Part shown: piece after piece, positions 59,425-64,000 of the stretch
How positions within the stretch are numbered: position 1 is the stretch's first letter
How the letters are laid out: each line of letters starts with the position of its first letter
Source: an uncultured delta proteobacterium
GTDB taxonomy: Bacteria > Myxococcota_A > Polyangia > Fen-1088
DNA: 64,000 bases
NCBI GenBank assembly: GCA_963755125.1
Contig: CAVWIP010000012.1
Span: 32,001 to 96,000 of the forward strand
Direction of reading: 5' to 3'
The notes under the pieces: model-generated
The model's input: only the letters and a program-made list of their open reading frames with translations
The model's database searches: none
What the model was told of the DNA's origin: nothing
Program-made: the position numbers and the translations under genes

Positions 59425-60282
59425 TCAGTTGTTGAGCGCGCCTTGATCCACCCACGCCTGAAATAGCTGAAGGTCAGAAGCCGACAGGGATCCGGTCGGA
59501 GGCATGGCGCCGGTCTCGATTTCGGCGGTAACTTCCTGGAGATTTGCTGAGACGTTCGCGTACGTGTCCACGCGCACTCCACTGGTCTGCTTGGTGGGTC
59601 CATGGCAACTCACGCAATTGGTATTCAACATAGGTTGGATCTGCGTCTTGAAACTGACGTTCGCGGCCACATCGCCATGCCCCGCGGCGCCATCCTGGGC
59701 CACCTCGACCCCACTGGTCTGAGCGTCAGCTTTGCTCACATCACCCCCGCCCGGACGCAGATCGGGGGCGCCCGCATCTGGACTCCCAGCTCTGGTGCCA
59801 CCCGCGGCGGTTGAACCGCCCGTGGAGAGCACTCCCCCGGTCGCATTGCTGCCGCTGGACGAGTTGCCACCGGCGGCGGTAGTCCCGCCGCTCGAAGTGT
59901 TTCCGCCCGTAGCGGTGGATCCTCCGAGGGGAGTCGCTCCGCCAGATGCGCCACTACCGCCAATGGCCACGCTGCCACCTGCGGCGGTGACTGTGCTCCC
60001 GCCCATACTCGTGCTTCCGCCCGCGCTGGTCGTTGCGCCCGCGATGGTGGTTCCGCCGACGCCGGTCGTTGCGCTAGCACTGGTTGTCCCACCGGAACTT
60101 GCCGAACCGCCGGAACCTGCCGATGCCTGTGTTGTTGTCGCGTCTCCGACGGCCCCGGCGCCGCCGCATGACCCACTCAGGCCGCAATAGGGATCGGGCC
60201 CCGAACTATTCGATGAACAGCCCGCCCCGTATCCTGCCGCGCCAACCAGACTTCCAAGGATCCATGCGTGCGAAGGTTTCAT
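59425..60282 (-). CDS. Lipoprotein with Gly/Ser/Thr linker and C-terminal monoheme cytochrome c domain
   Basis: GGAGG RBS, YGAGC lipobox, VSFKTQIQPML..NCVSCHG, AMPP, WVDQGA. Confidence 0.85.
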   Translation of the reverse strand: MKPSHAWILGSLVGAAGYGAGCSSNSSGPDPYCGLSGSCGGAGAVGDATTTQASAGSGGSASSGGTTSASATTGVGGTTIAGATTSAGGSTSMGGSTVTAAGGSVAIGGSGASGGATPLGGSTATGGNTSSGGTTAAGGNSSSGSNATGGVLSTGGSTAAGGTRAGSPDAGAPDLRPGGGDVSKADAQTSGVEVAQDGAAGHGDVAANVSFKTQIQPMLNTNCVSCHGPTKQTSGVRVDTYANVSANLQEVTAEIETGAMPPTGSLSASDLQLFQAWVDQGALNN

Positions 60283-60444
60283 GCTTCCTCCAATCAGGTC
60301 CAGCTGCCTAGTGCGGAACGAATCGCCGTTCTCCATAAATTCAGATTCCCTCGTTGCGGGTTCTTTGTCTCATCGCGCTAATAATGGTCTCCATTTCCTA
60401 TCGGATTAGTGTAGTGGACATTTGGTTCCCGTCCATCTTCGCTT

Positions 60445-60613
60445 CCGTGCCGTGTCGCGCGCTTTCTCGCAGCGACCACGGCGGGCACACCGCTGCGCGC
60501 CATCCTCTGGAAGCGGCCATACGCCGGGCGGTCCCACCGGCGGCAACCTGCGCGCCACCGTGGAAGCAGTGAAAGCCGAGGACGAGGCAGCTTCGCGGAA
60601 GAAGAAGGCGTAG
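60445..60613 (+). pseudogene. Degenerate duplicate of the PBP1A 3' end (about 58748-58923)
   Basis: ACCGGCGGCAACCTGCGCGC...GAAAGCCGAGGACGAGGCA..TCGCGGAAGAAGAAGG.GTAG matches the PBP1A end; weaker similarity extends upstream. Confidence 0.85.
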
Positions 60614-60860
60614 CCGGACGAATTGCTTTTTCGCCCGGAGTGCCTGGTGCAGAAACGCCCGTGCGGAACCCGCGGGGATTACGCCAGGCGGTCAGCTCTT
60701 GTGTGCGGCCGGCCAGAGGCTTACCGTCGTTTCGTGCAGATCCAGTCTGTACGGCTAGTACTACGCCCTACACAAGCAAGTTGACTTGCGCCAGAAACCA
60801 GAGTTCAGAATGCCCCCGGAACCATCCGCTGACAGGCACTTTCCACCAGGGGGACATCGA

Positions 60861-62027
60861 ATGCGTAGGATCGTAGTAGGGTTGCTGTTGATGGGCGTGA
60901 GCTGGGCAACGCCCGCGCTGGCGAAAGAGACCATCAAGGTTGGGGCCATCCTGGGCGTGACCGGCCCGGCAGCCAACCTGGGCGGCCCCGAGGCGCGCAC
61001 CCTGGAAATGCTGGTGCAGGAGTTGAACAAGAAGGGCGGCATCAAGGGCAATCCCGTCGAGCTGATCGTCAAGGATTCCAGCGCCAGTCCCGAGAAGGCC
61101 ATCTCCTTTGCCAAGCAGCTCATCGACGAGGACAAGGTCTTCGCCATCATCGGCCCGTCAACCAGCGGCGAGACCATGAAGATCAAGACCCTGGCCGAAG
61201 ACGGCAAGACCATCCTGCTGTCCTGCGCGGCGGCCGAGGCCATCGTCAAGCCGGTGGGCAAGTACGTGTTCAAGACTCCGCAGAACGACAGCCACGCCGT
61301 TCGCAAGATCTACGAGCAGATGCAGAAGGCTGGCATCGGCAAGATCGGTGTCGTCTCCAGCAACACCGGCTTCGGCAAGGCGGGCAAGGAACAGCTGGAG
61401 AAGCTCGCGCCCGAGTACGGCATCACCATCGTAGCCAACGAGGTCTACGACAAGGAGGCCACTGACCTGACCGCAGTGGTGACCAAGCTGAAGGCCGCGG
61501 GCGTGCAAGCCTTCGTCAACTGGTCCATCGAGCCTGCCCAGGCCATCGTCATCAAGAACGCCCGGCAGATCGGGCTGGAGATCCCGATCTTTCAAAGCCA
61601 CGGTTTCGGCAACATCCAGTACGCGAAGGCCGCGGGCGCGGCTGCCGAGGGCGTGATCTTCCCCGCCGGCCGGCTGCTGGCGGCTGAGTCACTTCCTGCC
61701 GCCAGCAAGCAAAAGCCTCTGTTGGTCAAGTACAAGAAAGACTACGAGTCACGCCTTCACGAGGACGCCAGCACCTTTGGCGGCCATGCCTACGACGCCT
61801 TCATGATCCTGGTCAAAGCCATCGAGACGGCCGGTCTGGACAAGGAGAAGGTCCGCACCGCCATCGAGAACACGCAGGGTCTGGTCGGCACCGCCGGTGT
61901 GTTCAATTTCTCGGCCCAGGACCACAACGGCCTGGCGCTCGACGCCTTCGAGATGCTGACCGTGAAGAACGGCAAGTTCGTGCCCTACGTCGAGCCCGCG
62001 GCCCTCAACGGCGTGAAGAACAGGTAG
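60861..62027 (+). CDS. ABC transporter substrate-binding protein (branched-chain amino acid/LivJ-like)
   Basis: Signal peptide, IKVGAI...TGPAA.LG, GGIKG, AYDAF, GTAGVFNFS. Confidence 0.9.
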   Translation: MRRIVVGLLLMGVSWATPALAKETIKVGAILGVTGPAANLGGPEARTLEMLVQELNKKGGIKGNPVELIVKDSSASPEKAISFAKQLIDEDKVFAIIGPSTSGETMKIKTLAEDGKTILLSCAAAEAIVKPVGKYVFKTPQNDSHAVRKIYEQMQKAGIGKIGVVSSNTGFGKAGKEQLEKLAPEYGITIVANEVYDKEATDLTAVVTKLKAAGVQAFVNWSIEPAQAIVIKNARQIGLEIPIFQSHGFGNIQYAKAAGAAAEGVIFPAGRLLAAESLPAASKQKPLLVKYKKDYESRLHEDASTFGGHAYDAFMILVKAIETAGLDKEKVRTAIENTQGLVGTAGVFNFSAQDHNGLALDAFEMLTVKNGKFVPYVEPAALNGVKNR

Positions 62028-62181
62028 GGGGCGACCTGCGGTCGCCCGAACGGCATGAGGTCGCGCATTTCGCCTAGCCCGCATTATTCGCCATGATCGG
62101 ATTGCCGACGGTCACACCGCAACAGACTGGTTCGGACGCACTGAAGTGTGGCGGGCTAGGGCGACCGCAGGTCGCCCCTAC
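62024..62181. repeat. Inverted pair of GTAG REP palindromes (REPIN-like, family A)
   Basis: GTAGGGGGCGACCTGCGGTCGCCC at 62024-62047 and AGGGCGACCGCAGGTCGCCCCTAC at 62158-62181. Confidence 0.8.
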
Positions 62182-62300
62182 CGATGATGGCCGTGATCTC
62201 GCCCTTCATATCTCAAACTCGCAGTTCCTCTCCTGGCCGAGTTCGCGAGGAGAAAGGTCCGGTCTGCTCCATGCCGTATCTGGTTGCGCAGTTCCGCTGT

Positions 62301-63896
62301 TCAGTCGGCTACCCGCCGCCCCGATTCAGCCGCCAGCCTGGCCAGCCGGGCGGTGGTCGCGTGGTCCGCGCGTAGCGTGTCCACCTCCATGGGCATACGG
62401 TATGTCCAGTTACGGTCATTGACCGTGCCCGGGACGTTCACACGCTCGCGCGTGCCGAGAACATCCTGGAAGGGCAGCAGGCACAGTTCCGAGGGCGCGG
62501 CGTAGAGCACGCGCAGAAGGGCGTCGCGAACCCGGTCGTCGAAACGCTGGTGCGGGTCGATGCCCTGCAGCGCCGGCAAGCTGGTGAACAGCCGCCGCTC
62601 GTCGGGCGAGATGGCGTCCCACCACTCGGCCTGCATCTCGGTGTCATGCGTGCCTGAACTGGCCACCGAGATCGCAGGCCAGCCCGCCGGGTCGTGCAGC
62701 CGGGTCTCTTTCCTGCCGTCGCGCCACACGTCGGTCTTCTCCCAGCGCAGAACGCGATAGCCAGGCAACCCCAGCCGCGCCAACGAGGGCCGCAAGAACT
62801 CGGGCAGCGCGCCCAGATCCTCGGCCACCACCTGACCAAAGCCACCGATGAGGGAAAGCAGGGTCTCGCCCAGGCGGATCTGCGCCTCCTCGTCCGAGGG
62901 CGAGAAGCCCGACTTGCGGCCGTCGGCTGACCGGTAGTAGGTGCGGTACATCCCGATGACGTGGTCCACCCGGAAGAGCCCGAACATCTCGCCCGCTCGA
63001 CTGGCCCGCTGGCGCATCCAGCGAAACCCGGTGTGCTCCATGGCGCGCCAATCGTACAGCGGCAAGCCCCAGTCCTGGCCCGTCGGGGAAAACGGATCGG
63101 GTGGCGCACCCACGCGCATGTCGAGGCGGAACAGGCCGCGGTTGTTCCACACGTCCGAGGAATCACCCGACACCACAAAGGGCAGGTCCCCCATGAAGTC
63201 AACTCCCAGTGCCCGCACTTGCGAACGCGCCCGCTGCCACTGGCCGTCGAGCTGCCATTGCAACCAGCAGTGGAAGAGCAACTCGTCGACGCTCTCCTCG
63301 ATCACGCGCGAGAGCGCCGTGGGCACGCGGTCGCGCAACTCGGCCGGCCAGTCTTGCCAGTGCTTGGCCAGGCGGTCGTGCAGGACGCAATACAGGCCAT
63401 GTTCGGCCAGCCAGTCGTGCTCCTCGCGAAAACGGCGCAGCTCCAGCGCGCGGGCGCTGCGCTCGTCCCATTCTTGGTCGAGAAACCTGCGAAAGGCGCG
63501 GCGAAGCGCCCGTGTCTTCAGCGGCCGCACGCGCCGCCAGTCCACCGTGGGGCAGGCGGCAAGCTCGTCGAGCAAGCGCCGATCGGCCGGCGAGAGTGCG
63601 ACCCGTCCCCCGGCCATCACGAAGTCCTCGCACTCGTCGAGGCCCAGGTACACGGGATCGATGGCGAAAGCGGTGCTGGCCGAGTAAGGGCTGGTCTCCC
63701 CGCCGCGCACCTCGTTGACCGGAAGCAACTGCACCACGGACAGCTCGGCCTCGCGCGCCCACGCGCCCAGACGCGCCAGATCCGGGATCTCGCCCACGCC
63801 CCACCCGGTCTTGCTGCGCACGGAAAGGAGCGGGATGAGCACGCCAGCCCGTCGCGGGCGAGCAGCGCGGCGGCTATTTGTGTTTTCACTCTCCAT
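62301..63896 (-). CDS. malQ: 4-alpha-glucanotransferase (GH77)
   Basis: QLLPVN, SPYS, GDLP, GAPPDPFS..GQDWG, RVDH, AEDLG, THD, NVPGT. Confidence 0.95.
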   Translation of the reverse strand: MESENTNSRRAARPRRAGVLIPLLSVRSKTGWGVGEIPDLARLGAWAREAELSVVQLLPVNEVRGGETSPYSASTAFAIDPVYLGLDECEDFVMAGGRVALSPADRRLLDELAACPTVDWRRVRPLKTRALRRAFRRFLDQEWDERSARALELRRFREEHDWLAEHGLYCVLHDRLAKHWQDWPAELRDRVPTALSRVIEESVDELLFHCWLQWQLDGQWQRARSQVRALGVDFMGDLPFVVSGDSSDVWNNRGLFRLDMRVGAPPDPFSPTGQDWGLPLYDWRAMEHTGFRWMRQRASRAGEMFGLFRVDHVIGMYRTYYRSADGRKSGFSPSDEEAQIRLGETLLSLIGGFGQVVAEDLGALPEFLRPSLARLGLPGYRVLRWEKTDVWRDGRKETRLHDPAGWPAISVASSGTHDTEMQAEWWDAISPDERRLFTSLPALQGIDPHQRFDDRVRDALLRVLYAAPSELCLLPFQDVLGTRERVNVPGTVNDRNWTYRMPMEVDTLRADHATTARLARLAAESGRRVAD

Positions 63897-64000
63897 CGAG
63901 TTCTCGTAGTGCCGTATCGGGACTATGATGGAAGATTGTGCCGCCCATGACTGAAAATAGTTCTACACCAACTGCAAGCGTGTCTGGTCGTCGCCTGCTC

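Overview
High-GC bacterial chromosomal segment. Gene content (Gly/Thr-linker lipoproteins, HEAT-repeat proteins, GlnS, PPi-PFK, DUF3443) suggests a Myxococcota/deltaproteobacterial lineage; this is an inference. From left to right: a truncated membrane/PAS sensor; a stand-alone secreted Cache protein plus MCP; a J-domain protein; a 10-gene chemosensory operon (RR, GAF, cheD, cheA, MCP, cheW, cheR, cheB, cheY, HEAT) with a divergent MCP; tadA, an amidase and pepF. Next is an accessory stretch (about 20.8-31 kb) with a frameshifted GH5, a GH12 and an uncharacterised cluster: radical SAM/SPASM, nucleotidyltransferase-GT2 fusion, a separately encoded GT2 half, a Cys-rich mini-protein and an HPr-kinase-like ATPase. 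After that come an orphan recD, a histidine kinase, glnS, two tandem YfhO-like genes, an MntA/HepT toxin-antitoxin pair beside a GIY-YIG gene with an in-frame amber stop, rlmN, pfp, DUF3443, a caspase/legumain-like PDZ protease, recD2, a P460-like cytochrome and a TetR-flavodoxin operon. The window ends with PBP1A followed by a diverged, interrupted duplicate of its own 3' part, an ABC substrate-binding protein and malQ. Two families of intergenic palindromic repeats occur. I recognised no rRNA, tRNA, CRISPR array, integrase or transposase. All family calls come from motif recognition by eye, not from database searches.
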